This document shows positions 23,353-32,845 of a DNA stretch of 64,000 bases, in pieces (position 1 is the stretch's first letter; each line of letters starts with the position of its first letter). The position numbers and the translations under genes are program-made. A model generated the notes under the pieces. That model saw only the letters and a list, made by a program, of their open reading frames with translations, did not search any database and was not told where the DNA came from. Source of the stretch: an uncultured delta proteobacterium (lineage in GTDB: Bacteria > Desulfobacterota > Binatia > Binatales > Binataceae); assembly GCA_963842085.1 (NCBI GenBank), contig CAWJET010000001.1, positions 480,001 through 544,000 on the forward strand. The letters run 5' to 3'.

Positions 23353-24268
23353 ATCCGGATTGCCGAGCGCTCTCGCCCGCGACTTTCTCGCTGTAGAAGC
23401 GGTGAATATTGCTGGAGATGTATTCCAGGCAATCTTCGACAGCAAAATGACCTGAATCCAGGCGGTGCATCTCAGCCTTGGGCAGATCTTTCAAGTAGGC
23501 TTCTCCGCCCTCACGCGTAAAGAAGATGTCATCTTGCCCCCAGAAAATAATCGTCTTGGGTTGACGATCACGCAGCAACGATTGCCATTTCGGATACAGA
23601 GTTACGTTAGTACGGTAGTCATAGAACAAATCCAGTTGGACACGGCGTGCGTTGGGGCGCTCCATGAAGCGGAAGTCCATATTCCAGTTGTCTGGGCTGA
23701 TAAGCTCTGCCCTTTTGTGGCCATGAAGATAGACACCCTTGATCGCGTCGACTTCGAGGAACCCGGCGAGGGGCTTCTCGGTCTCGGGCGTCCGATTCTT
23801 CCAGAGGGCGCCGCGGAACCGGTCCCATGCGCTCGTAAAGCCGACTTCGTAGGCGTTGGTGTTCTGGATAATCAACCATTCAAGCCAATCGGGGTGGCGG
23901 GTCAGCACCCTGAAGCCAACCGGCCCGCCGTAATCCTGAGCGAACAAACCAAAATAATCGAAACCCTTCTGCTCTAAGAAGTTCTCTACGACCTCAGAGA
24001 TTTTATCAAAGGTGTAGGAAAATTTGGCCGGATCCGGCATGTCGCTGTTGCCGAAGCCGGGATAGTCCGGAGCAATGACATGAAACCGATCGGCGAGAGC
24101 GAGGATCAAGTTGCGGTACTGATGCGAGGATGCCGGAAACCCATGAAGCAGTACTAGCTTTGGACTGGCGGGATTGCCGGCCTCTCGGTAGGCAATACCG
24201 AGGCCGTCAACGTTGAGAGCCTTGTATGTAACCTCAGTGGAGGGGTCGGCTGGAGAAATGAGACTCAT
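23345..24268 (-). CDS. Alpha/beta hydrolase (epoxide hydrolase-like)
   Basis: LLHGFP, APDYPGFG, QDYGGP and SGHFA motifs. Confidence 0.92.
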   Translation of the reverse strand: MSLISPADPSTEVTYKALNVDGLGIAYREAGNPASPKLVLLHGFPASSHQYRNLILALADRFHVIAPDYPGFGNSDMPDPAKFSYTFDKISEVVENFLEQKGFDYFGLFAQDYGGPVGFRVLTRHPDWLEWLIIQNTNAYEVGFTSAWDRFRGALWKNRTPETEKPLAGFLEVDAIKGVYLHGHKRAELISPDNWNMDFRFMERPNARRVQLDLFYDYRTNVTLYPKWQSLLRDRQPKTIIFWGQDDIFFTREGGEAYLKDLPKAEMHRLDSGHFAVEDCLEYISSNIHRFYSEKVAGESARQSGST

Positions 24269-24546
24269 AACCTTTCTCCTTATGTTCAGCCGGGAAATAA
24301 TTCCGGGGGTTTTCTCAAATTTACCACTGCGCGGTGCCGTTTTCCAGCCAATGGCGGCACGCGGCCGTCAGTTCTCGGTTGGCGGCTGAGTCCTAAATCT
24401 AAATGATCGGATATGCGAGAGTCTGCACCATCTGCCAAACAATCCAGTCGCGGCATCTACGCTGTGAGCCGCCCCGCGACCGCTCCGTAAACTCCGCGCG
24501 CTGTCTACCCTCTAGTTTTGTCCAGGAACACGGTCCGGAACCTAAT

Positions 24547-24800
24547 CCGGAGACAACGGTTTCGCTAGGACTGCTTGCTGGAGCGGGGCGGATTCGAACC
24601 GCCGGTGTCGCGAGAAGTCTTTGCCAAGGAAAACCTCGGCGATTGCTTGAGAATTTCCTGTCGAGCTCAGCTAACATCGTCCGGAGAATGAACTCGCCTT
24701 CAGTTCGGCACCCTGCCCGCCATGAACCTCGAATTCCGGTGTCGCGAGAATGCGGCTGGGTTGCGAGACTTCCTTCCGACGAAACTCAAGTCGTCCAAGG
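24547..24800 (-). repeat. Full conserved arm + tRNA-3'-like motif + arm A, about 60 bp downstream of LSR1
   Basis: 14-mers at 24737-24750 and 24603-24616; GGCGGTTCGAATCCGCCCCGCTCCAGCAAGCAGTC on the minus strand. Confidence 0.9.
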
Positions 24801-24862
24801 CCGCTGGTCGAAGGGCCAATCGGGTGAGCACGAGCCGAAAACGGCCGCTGGTCAGTTGCCGA

Positions 24863-26551
24863 TCATCGGCAGCGTAGGATCTGGCGCTGTTTGGTCCATT
24901 CCAGCGGGAGCGGCGCGGTGTGTTTCAGCGCTTCGGCGGTGAGCGTTGCAGGCTGCGATCCATCACATATGCTTTGGACAATGTCGGGCGCGAGCAGCGC
25001 CAGCGGGATCAGGCGTTTTACGTAACTGTCATAGACGCCTTCCCGGTTGGCGATCTCTCTGATGGAAGCGGTTCTTCCCGAGGCTAATTCATGAAACCAT
25101 CGATGGCCGCGCGCGATCGCCTTGAGCAGGGCGGGGTCGGAGCGCGCGGCACGCGCCGATTCGCCCTCGATGACCAGCCTGATTTCCAACCCGCGTCGCT
25201 TCATCTCGAGCGGTATGAACCGTGTCATCGTCAAGCTGGAAGCGTCGGGGGTCTCGATCGGACCCGTGATCAGTCTCTTCAGATTCAGCGACACCCGGAT
25301 GCCGCCGCGCCCCAGCTGAACTCGATCGATCAGGTTGCTGAGATGGTCGGCGACCTCGGCGTCATCCGCGAGTTGTTTGCTTTTCGTCTCTGCTGTGTCG
25401 AGCGCCGACTGCAACTCGCCGATCGGCACGCCAGCGTCCTGCAGGGTTGCGGCGATCGTGGGCCGGTCTCCGAGCATCTGCCGACTCGCGCTTGCGACTG
25501 CGCACTCGATCTCGGGTGCTGGCAGACGCCACCCATTCTTCGCGTTCTCCGACGACCCCTGGATCACTTTGCGCGAGACGTAGTACCGGTAGCGGCGCGC
25601 GCCCTTGTTGGTGCCGCACGCGTAGAGCGGCTCACCACCTTCGTCGAACAGCTTTCCCGCCAGCGGACTCGACACCGCTCCTCGGTCGATGGTTCGATGA
25701 TGCGCCGCTTGCTCTCGCAGTTGGTGTTGCACGCGTTCCCAGAGCTCTCGATCCACGATTGCCCGATGCTGGCCGGGATGCCGGACCTTGCGGTGCCGGA
25801 TCTCGCCCAAGTAAATCGGGTTGGCGAGCAGTTCATAGAGCGCACCGCGACTGAACGGCTGTCCTCCAGATTTGATCCCTTTGCGGGAGAGCCGGTTTTT
25901 CGACAGGATCCCGTCGCGACTCAGTTCTTCTTGGAGCAGCCGAACCGAGCGAAGTTCGAGATACCGTTCGAAGATGTGGCGGACTGTCGCGGCTTCCGCC
26001 TGATTGACGACCAGACGCCGCTCGCACCAGTCATAACCCAGCGGCACCCTGCCGCCCATCCAGATGCCCTTCTTCTTGGAGGCGGCAATCTTGTCGCGGA
26101 TGCGCTCGCCGGTCACCTCGCGTTCGAACTGGGCGAAGGAGAGCAGCACGTTCAGTGTGAGCCGCCCCATCGAGGTAGTGGTATTGAACTGTTGGGTGAC
26201 GGCCACGAATGAGACGCCGTGGCCGTCGAAGACCTCGACCATTTTCGCGAAGTCCGCCAGCGAACGGGTCAGGCGGTCCACTTTATAGACCACGACTACG
26301 TCGATGAGCTTGTCGCGGATGTCGGATAGCAAGCGCTGCAATCCGGGTCGTTCCATGGTGCCACCGGAGAGCCCGCCGTCGTTATAAGCGGTCTTGACGA
26401 GCTGCCAGCCCTCGCCCGTCTGACTTTTGACAAAGGACTCGCATGCGTCGCGCTGCGCATGGAGCGAGTTGAAGTCCTGCTCCAGTCCTTCTTCCGACGA
26501 CTTTCGAGTGTAGATCGCACAACGTAGCGGCGAGGAGTTAGGCAGCTCCAT
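24863..26551 (-). CDS. Large serine recombinase (LSR1)
   Basis: CAIYTRKS catalytic Ser, VYKVDRLTRS, FAQFERE, recombinase domain and YRYY. Confidence 0.95.
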   Translation of the reverse strand: MELPNSSPLRCAIYTRKSSEEGLEQDFNSLHAQRDACESFVKSQTGEGWQLVKTAYNDGGLSGGTMERPGLQRLLSDIRDKLIDVVVVYKVDRLTRSLADFAKMVEVFDGHGVSFVAVTQQFNTTTSMGRLTLNVLLSFAQFEREVTGERIRDKIAASKKKGIWMGGRVPLGYDWCERRLVVNQAEAATVRHIFERYLELRSVRLLQEELSRDGILSKNRLSRKGIKSGGQPFSRGALYELLANPIYLGEIRHRKVRHPGQHRAIVDRELWERVQHQLREQAAHHRTIDRGAVSSPLAGKLFDEGGEPLYACGTNKGARRYRYYVSRKVIQGSSENAKNGWRLPAPEIECAVASASRQMLGDRPTIAATLQDAGVPIGELQSALDTAETKSKQLADDAEVADHLSNLIDRVQLGRGGIRVSLNLKRLITGPIETPDASSLTMTRFIPLEMKRRGLEIRLVIEGESARAARSDPALLKAIARGHRWFHELASGRTASIREIANREGVYDSYVKRLIPLALLAPDIVQSICDGSQPATLTAEALKHTAPLPLEWTKQRQILRCR

Positions 26552-27017
26552 CGCGAGCCTCCTCAGCGGGCTTCCGCAGACCAAAGAACAAGGGACCTGA
26601 CCAGCGTGTTCCAGTGATCAGACGGGCGACCTCGGAGAGCGAACCGTAGCGTTTGCCGCGATAGACGACCCCATCATCGTGCACCGTGACCCGATGCGCG
26701 TTGCCCCGCCACTCGCGAATGAGCAAAGTACCGGGAGCTGCTTTGCGAGCCAGATTTGGTCTCGCGCGGTGAGATGCCAGGTCGTCGGCGACGCGTTCGA
26801 GGAGCCGGCGCGTCGCCGGCGCCAGGCCACCGAACTCTCTCTCCTGCAAGCGGTAAGCGATCGCCCGAGTGAGCAACTCGCGGCTGATCCGTGGAGGCGG
26901 TTCGGTGTCGTACAATTCGCGCCAGCGCGATTTCAAGTTCCTGAGGTCCAAGCTGGCCAAGGCCGCGATTTCGGCGGAGATCCGGTCGGCCTGACCGAAG
27001 GAAGATTGCTCTCTCAT
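26538..27017 (-). CDS. DUF2924 protein
   Basis: AIAYRLQE..GGL, GTLLIREW and SLSEVARLITGTRWSGPLFFGL; AGGAGG RBS. Confidence 0.92.
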   Translation of the reverse strand: MREQSSFGQADRISAEIAALASLDLRNLKSRWRELYDTEPPPRISRELLTRAIAYRLQEREFGGLAPATRRLLERVADDLASHRARPNLARKAAPGTLLIREWRGNAHRVTVHDDGVVYRGKRYGSLSEVARLITGTRWSGPLFFGLRKPAEEARDGAA

Positions 27018-27334
27018 CTGCTTCCTCCTGATTCTCCGGGCCGACATACACATGGCTCGTTGTCCGCCACGCAGCCAGTCCTGCGCGGCTATCGTAGAGG
27101 CGATGCAGCGGCGAAAACCGGTATCCGAGAGGCCGAGCGCTCTCGGGCAAAGAAACCCAGTGCGGCCCCGATTCAGTGGATGCGTTACGCCGACTTGAGC
27201 TATCTGTCACCGCCGCTATGGCTGCAGATCAAAGACGCGCTCGAGCAGTTCGCCAGGTCTCCGAAGGCGAGCCGAACTGCCGTCCGCGGAAGATCGTACA
27301 CAAGACCAAACGGCCGGAGCGAGTTGAGCGCGTG

Positions 27335-27646
27335 ATGGAGGTCCGCGCCTTCGTGCTTAAGCTGCTCGCTGAGCAAGGTCGCTGGACGACGCTGTTCCAC
27401 GGTCCGCAGGTGCTGCGCTTCGAAAATTCGCGCTTCTTAATCATGTTCTACATCAAGCCACCCGTGCCGTTGGAACTGCGTGAGCGGTTCCGCATCGGTC
27501 CGCTCGGGTGCGGCCTCTATGGCTTGGAACTCTGGGACAAGCAGATCGGAAAAGTCCTGAATATAGACTGGCAGACCGCGGGGGCGGTGGCGCGGATCGT
27601 CACCTTTAAGCGCGGTGACTGGGAAGAACGCCTGCTGATGGGCTGA
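27335..27646 (+). CDS. Small hypothetical protein
   Basis: Protein-like composition ending VTFKRGDWEERLL; start uncertain. Confidence 0.45.
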   Translation: MEVRAFVLKLLAEQGRWTTLFHGPQVLRFENSRFLIMFYIKPPVPLELRERFRIGPLGCGLYGLELWDKQIGKVLNIDWQTAGAVARIVTFKRGDWEERLLMG

Positions 27647-27843
27647 GTCTCCCGTTCCATCGCGTCCGCTGCAGGCAGTCTGCACTCGTCGCTTCAGATT
27701 CCTCTGAACAGCTTTGACATCGAGATCTTGAGCGCGACTCCGATCACCTCGATTTCCGGAGCGCGACATTGCACTGTTGATCGGACGATCACGATAGAGT
27801 CGAGACCACACTTTGCGGCTACCGCGATGCAAAATCACGACGT

Positions 27844-27890
27844 ACTAATTTGGCGAAGCAGGAGGGATTCGAACCGCGGTGTCACGAGAA
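27844..27890 (-). repeat. tRNA-3'-like motif with one 14-mer
   Basis: TTCTCGTGACACCGCGGTTCGAATCCCTCCTGCTTCGCCA on the minus strand. Confidence 0.8.
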
Positions 27891-27957
27891 ATCTGCTATC
27901 GAAGAAAGAGGCGCGGGCACTTCCCGATGCGCTCGCACGCGGCTTCCCAGTCGCTGC

Positions 27958-29712
27958 TCATTTGTTTTGCTCCCACTTCACGAAGCACCCAGGATGCCAA
28001 TGCTTCCCGTTCCTTTCCATCGCAGCACCAAAGATCTGCTGCTTGCAACCGCCGCAAAAACGCACGGCGACCAGCGGCGCCGCTGGCGGTTCGGGTTCGT
28101 CCGGGCCCCAGGGGTCGCCGCCCTTCTGCAAGACGCGTTGTACCCGCTCGTACTCATCCTGCATCGTCGTGTCAGGCACCGGCGGTGGTAGGGATGGATC
28201 CTTTTCCCGGGCCCGCGCTTGTTCCGCCAGTTCTTCCGTAAACACGCTGATCCCGGGACGACGATCAGCGAATGCGAGCATTAGCGCCTCTGCGCGGTCG
28301 GGCGATTTGATGCCGCGCTTCTCCATCGTCGACTTCTTCTCCATCTCGATGAGGCCGCGCAGATTGATCTCGAACCTAAGCGACGCCAACTGCGTGATCA
28401 TGAGGTCGTCCTCGAGTCCCGACACTTTCCCCTGCTCGAAGCGCTCCCGCAGCGACCAGTACAGCTCGTCCTTGAGCCTGGCGAATCGATCAGGGAACCG
28501 GGTCGCTTCACCTACATTTACCGGAGTCACGCTGTGGAAACCGGCCACCTCGAGCGCCTGTCCGAAGTACTCGCCGGGGCCGGCCGAATCATAGTTGATC
28601 TGCGCGACGTAACGCTTGTAGGGCCCGAGGAAGTTGATGACCTGCCCGGTCGAGTGACCGTACCAAGAGCGCCAATTGACGATGCGCCCAGCCTTGGTGC
28701 GAATTACGCAGACCGTCTCGTCACCACCGCCAGCCGCGACGTCAATGCCAACAAACAATCCTTTCTCGTCGCCCTCGACGACGATTGGTTCGCGCGCGGC
28801 CTCGAGCCACTTGAGCGCGATCAGCGCATCCTCGGCCTGCAGCGGGAACTGGCCACGGACTTTCCAAGCCCAGAGCGGGCCGTCTTCGCCCCACTTGACT
28901 AGGTTTTCTTGTGCCCACAGCGGAGTCGCAAGATATGGCCGCGGCGCATACGCGATCGCGGGGTGATCTACCGGCAAGGTCCGCAGAAGGTCGACGATGT
29001 GCTCCTTTCCTTTCCGTTGTCTGACCGGCAAGCTGACATCCATTTGCTCGGCTATCTCACGGAGCTTCTCGAAGTTAGGCGTATCGAACGCGTCGATCGT
29101 AAACGTCTGCCAGTTCGCGCGATTCGTGGTGAATGCATCGTAGAAAGGGCCGCCTGGCGACGACGGATTCCCGAGCAGCAGGATCCGCACGTCGCCGCCA
29201 GCCGCCGCGCCGGAGATAGCGTCATACACTTCGGCTGGTATGCCCGGGGCCTCATCCAGGATGAACAACAGATGGGGAGCCTTGAAGCCGTGAAACTTAA
29301 TGCCCATATCCGACTTGTCCGTGCTGAAGCCCAGCCCGTAGTTGTTGGACCCAATTCTCAGTGATGCCACTCCTGGCTGCGGATATTTCATTCCGCTGCC
29401 GAGGGCGACTGGATTTCGCAACGCCTTCCGAATCTCGCCCCACATAATTTCTTCGACTTGTCGCTGTCCCGGAGCGGTATTAATTGCGATGCCATCTGGG
29501 AAGTAGGTAATGAACCAAAGAATAAGTTGAGCGGCCGTATAGGTCTTTGACGATGAATGGCAGCCCTTGACGGCGACGCGCGCCCGCGGCTTTGCGATCG
29601 CATTAGCCATCGCGATCTGCGTAGACCACCACGGCTTATCGCCGAGCATGTGCTGTGCGAACCAGACGGGATCCTGAATGGACGCGAGCAGTCGCTCCTC
29701 AGCCCCTGTCAT
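27958..29712 (-). CDS. Terminase large subunit-like ATPase-nuclease with a C-terminal LIM-type zinc finger
   Basis: KGCHSSSKT P-loop, LFILDEA Walker B, LGNP, GIDVA RNase H-like Asp and KSPDRAEAL. Confidence 0.85.
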   Translation of the reverse strand: MTGAEERLLASIQDPVWFAQHMLGDKPWWSTQIAMANAIAKPRARVAVKGCHSSSKTYTAAQLILWFITYFPDGIAINTAPGQRQVEEIMWGEIRKALRNPVALGSGMKYPQPGVASLRIGSNNYGLGFSTDKSDMGIKFHGFKAPHLLFILDEAPGIPAEVYDAISGAAAGGDVRILLLGNPSSPGGPFYDAFTTNRANWQTFTIDAFDTPNFEKLREIAEQMDVSLPVRQRKGKEHIVDLLRTLPVDHPAIAYAPRPYLATPLWAQENLVKWGEDGPLWAWKVRGQFPLQAEDALIALKWLEAAREPIVVEGDEKGLFVGIDVAAGGGDETVCVIRTKAGRIVNWRSWYGHSTGQVINFLGPYKRYVAQINYDSAGPGEYFGQALEVAGFHSVTPVNVGEATRFPDRFARLKDELYWSLRERFEQGKVSGLEDDLMITQLASLRFEINLRGLIEMEKKSTMEKRGIKSPDRAEALMLAFADRRPGISVFTEELAEQARAREKDPSLPPPVPDTTMQDEYERVQRVLQKGGDPWGPDEPEPPAAPLVAVRFCGGCKQQIFGAAMERNGKHWHPGCFVKWEQNK

Positions 29713-30251
29713 TTATTTCCCTTCTTCTCGGCAGCTCCTTGCAGCCGGCGCAACGCCTCGATCGGGATCAACGCCTCCCCGTCCTTGCCGGTCACCGCCA
29801 CCTTCGCCGGCGCCTTGTAGCCATTGATTTCAGCCTTATGCGCCAGCACCTTGACGCCGACCTCGACGCTGCGCGGATCTCCTTTGCGGATTCCTGACTG
29901 CAGCGACAGGAACATGTCTTCACAGCGTTCGGTGTCGAGCTTGCGAAGCTCAACCGCCTCGGCGTTGGGAAGACGAAGGATTCCGCGCCGAAACGCCCGG
30001 TGAACGGCCTGAGCAGAAATCCTGTACTCTTCTGTAAACCGCGCGGGTTCCGGAATGGGCACCATCGCTTGCTGCTGCCCATGTGCGACACCAACGATGT
30101 GATCTGCAATCATTTGGTAGCTCATGCCGAGCCGCTTCAGGTGTAGCGTCTCGGCCTCGACCCAGCGCGCGATGATACTTCGGTTGGTCAGTTGTCTCGG
30201 CTTGTTGGTCTGGCGAATGGTTCCGTCGGAGTTGCGTGGCTTGTTACGCAT
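29709..30251 (-). CDS. HTH protein, probable terminase small subunit
   Basis: GMSYQMIAD HTH; VTGKDGEAL tail typical of TerS; ATGA overlap with terL. Confidence 0.6.
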   Translation of the reverse strand: MRNKPRNSDGTIRQTNKPRQLTNRSIIARWVEAETLHLKRLGMSYQMIADHIVGVAHGQQQAMVPIPEPARFTEEYRISAQAVHRAFRRGILRLPNAEAVELRKLDTERCEDMFLSLQSGIRKGDPRSVEVGVKVLAHKAEINGYKAPAKVAVTGKDGEALIPIEALRRLQGAAEKKGNK

Positions 30252-30252
30252 C

Positions 30253-31506
30253 TCACTTCACCAGCTCGGGCTTCAGCCCGAGAACCGAGAGACGCTCAAG
30301 CGTCACCGCCACGTATGCGGGGTCGACTTCAACACCGTAGCCGACGCGATCGAGCTGGTGCGCGGCGAGTAATGTAGAACCGGATCCGCAGAATGGATCG
30401 TACGCCAATTCACCGGCCCTGCTGCTGTTGGCGATCATCCGCGCGATCAGTGCGACCGGCTTGGTGGTGGGATGAAACTCACTGGTCGCTGGCTTGTCGA
30501 CCTGAAAGACCGTGTCCTGTGTCCTATCGTCGCAGAAATAGTGCGGCCCGTTTTCGAGCCATCCATACAAGATCGGCTCATGGCGATAGTGATAGTCGCA
30601 CCGGCCGATCACCATCTGCTGCTTGACCCAAACCAGGTGGTGCTTGAAGGCAAATCCAGCGCGTTCGAAAGCCTCGATGAATCCGCTCAGCAGAGGTCCG
30701 GCTGCGACAGTCGCGTAACATGTCGCTCCCCGTTGCGAGTGTTCTATCGCGAGCGAAAGCGCGTCTCTGAACATCGCGTGCGTCTCGCTCGGCGAGAGCG
30801 AATCGTTGGCAATGCTCTTCTTTACAGAAGTGCCCTTGTGCAGTTGTTGGAGAGCATTATTCTTGCTCTGGACGTAATCGATTCCGTATGGCGGATCAGT
30901 CCAGGTGGATCGAATCAAAGGACCGCCGTCGCGCCAGAGTTTCGCGACCTCTGCCTTGTTGGTGCTGTCGCCACACACGAGCCGGTGTGACCCGATTCGC
31001 CAGAGTTGGTTGCGCGCTGTGCACCACTTTTTCTGCAGTTCAGCCGCTCGTTCGATCTGCGGTTCCGGGTCCAGGATTTCGACCGGCGGCCGAAGCGCCA
31101 GCGCATCTTGTTCAGCTATGCGCGTGAACAACTGTTCGACCGCCTTGCTGTCAGTGCGAACATTGTTCAGAAGTGCCTGAAGCCGCTCCGAGTCGCTCTC
31201 GGCCATGCTGGCCAATGGATCTAGAGTCAGCAGAATCTTGTCGGCTTCCTCTTCAGAGACATCCAGTATCAGGACCGGAACTATCGCCGACGGTGTTGTC
31301 TCCGCACGGAGGTGACCGTCGATCAGTTGCAGCCGACCATCTGCTAATTCCCTTGCAATCAGCGCATCCGCATACCCAACCTCTGCAAGTAACCCGCGCA
31401 GCGCAGCAGCTTGGGCCTTCGGATGGACTCGCCAGTTTTTTGGATTTGCGAGTAAATCTCTCGCGCGTACTCGTCTCAGCTCTTTAATCCGATCTCGTAT
31501 CACCAT
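30253..31506 (-). CDS. ParB-like domain + N6A/N4C DNA methyltransferase
   Basis: NPKNWR, LIDGHLR (ParB), TDPPY, HPTTKP and DPFCGSGS; GGAGG RBS. Confidence 0.92.
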   Translation of the reverse strand: MVIRDRIKELRRVRARDLLANPKNWRVHPKAQAAALRGLLAEVGYADALIARELADGRLQLIDGHLRAETTPSAIVPVLILDVSEEEADKILLTLDPLASMAESDSERLQALLNNVRTDSKAVEQLFTRIAEQDALALRPPVEILDPEPQIERAAELQKKWCTARNQLWRIGSHRLVCGDSTNKAEVAKLWRDGGPLIRSTWTDPPYGIDYVQSKNNALQQLHKGTSVKKSIANDSLSPSETHAMFRDALSLAIEHSQRGATCYATVAAGPLLSGFIEAFERAGFAFKHHLVWVKQQMVIGRCDYHYRHEPILYGWLENGPHYFCDDRTQDTVFQVDKPATSEFHPTTKPVALIARMIANSSRAGELAYDPFCGSGSTLLAAHQLDRVGYGVEVDPAYVAVTLERLSVLGLKPELVK

Positions 31507-31542
31507 CTTCCGCCTCCTCCTGCATCCGCGTTTCCCACCTTC

Positions 31543-31598
31543 AAAAAAAACGAGCCCAGCTCGACAACCGCTTTTCTTGCGGCGTCGGACTGGGCTCG
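31543..31598 (-). terminator. Intrinsic terminator-like hairpin + U8 in the leader of the methylase-terminase operon
   Basis: CGAGCCCAG..CTGGGCTCG stem followed by T8 on the minus strand, 36 bp before the ATG. Confidence 0.7.
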
Positions 31599-32159
31599 AG
31601 TCTTTCGATACCCTTGTACTCTTAGATTTTCGTTAAGACGCTCACATGCTTAGTTCCCGCCCTGCAAACTCAGACTAGCAGGACTGGTTGACCGAGTCGA
31701 ATGCCGATCCTGTGAGTGTTGTCGGCAAATCGGCGATCGTAAGATTGACCAGAGCAATGGGATCGAACCCAATGGGTCTAGCTCATTTGTATCGCCAGAT
31801 GGCTTTCACGAGCGCCGATCCTCTTATTGCCTCGTCCAGCTGATCGTGAGTGTAAGCCGGCCATAGGCGACCACGGCTTCGAGCGTGGACTTCTTGGACA
31901 GGTCGTCGGTTAATCCCAGGAGCGACTTAGTTGAGGACGCACAAACCAGACGTATTCAGCTCGGCCGCTCGCAGCCTCTCCCAAGTACCCTATATTAATG
32001 ATACGCAGGGATCGGATTCGCAGGCAGCGGAGCTGGCCGTGTCTATAAGTTCAGCTAATATTAGAATCAGACCCATTTGGGCGTCCGGACGCCTTTGTCA
32101 ACCGCCCCATAGCGTCAACCAAATGGAGCGCAAAAGCATTAGCTCGGCTAAATCAATGG

Positions 32160-32225
32160 AGACGAGTTCGCGTCAGACTCGTGCATCCCTGCAGCCAGTC
32201 AGAGCAAAACGCGTTATCTCCGAAA
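32160..32225 (+). repeat. Degenerate core + arm A
   Basis: CAGTCAGAGCAAAACGCGTTATCTCCGAA identical to 2407-2435. Confidence 0.8.
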
Positions 32226-32469
32226 GGCCGCGAACACCGGTTCGGGATATCGGCATAATTCGGTTGTGCATTTCCTCGCATCTAACGTCCGACGCGCGAT
32301 GGCACGCCTGCCGGCAACCCTACCTTTTCGAGCGCTTCAATCGCCCGATCGATCCGTCCCCTCTCCTTCTTGAGATCCGCCACTATTCTTTCCAACTCCA
32401 ACATTTGCTCCTTTGGTCAGTCCCGCAGGCGCTCCGTTCCCACGACGACCAAGTGTGATGAGGCATATA

Positions 32470-32675
32470 CCTGATCGAGCTCATTGAACGCGCCGAGCTT
32501 AGCAGCGAGGGTGTCAAACTCTCGCTAAAGCTCCCCCTCCTTCGAGCAGAAACAGGTGACAGCGCTCCCCCGGATCATTTTTCTCTCGCAAAGTTCGTCC
32601 CGATCCAGATGAAGCGGCGCGGCGTTGAGATGCGAATGGTATTTGAGGGCGCCTCCACGCCAGCCCGGGTTGACG
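32470..32675 (+). pseudogene. LSR C-terminal-region relic
   Basis: LIERAELSSEGVKLSL..KFVPIQMKRRGVEMRMVFEG aligns with LSR1/LSR2. Confidence 0.75.
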
Positions 32676-32845
32676 TGCCACCCAAAAGCTTCAACCGATA
32701 GCTCAGTGAACGAACGACTGTGTCGCGATCGAAGCGGGCCAGGAAAACGGATGGCGCGTGGGACGAATCATTAATCCGTTTGGACAGAACTGGGAGATCG
32801 GCAAATTGCGGAGACAACCCGAAGTTAACACGCCACCTTGAAATT

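Noticed and set aside
27958-31506. Complete prophage
   Set aside because: No portal, capsid, tail, lysis or replication genes anywhere in the window.
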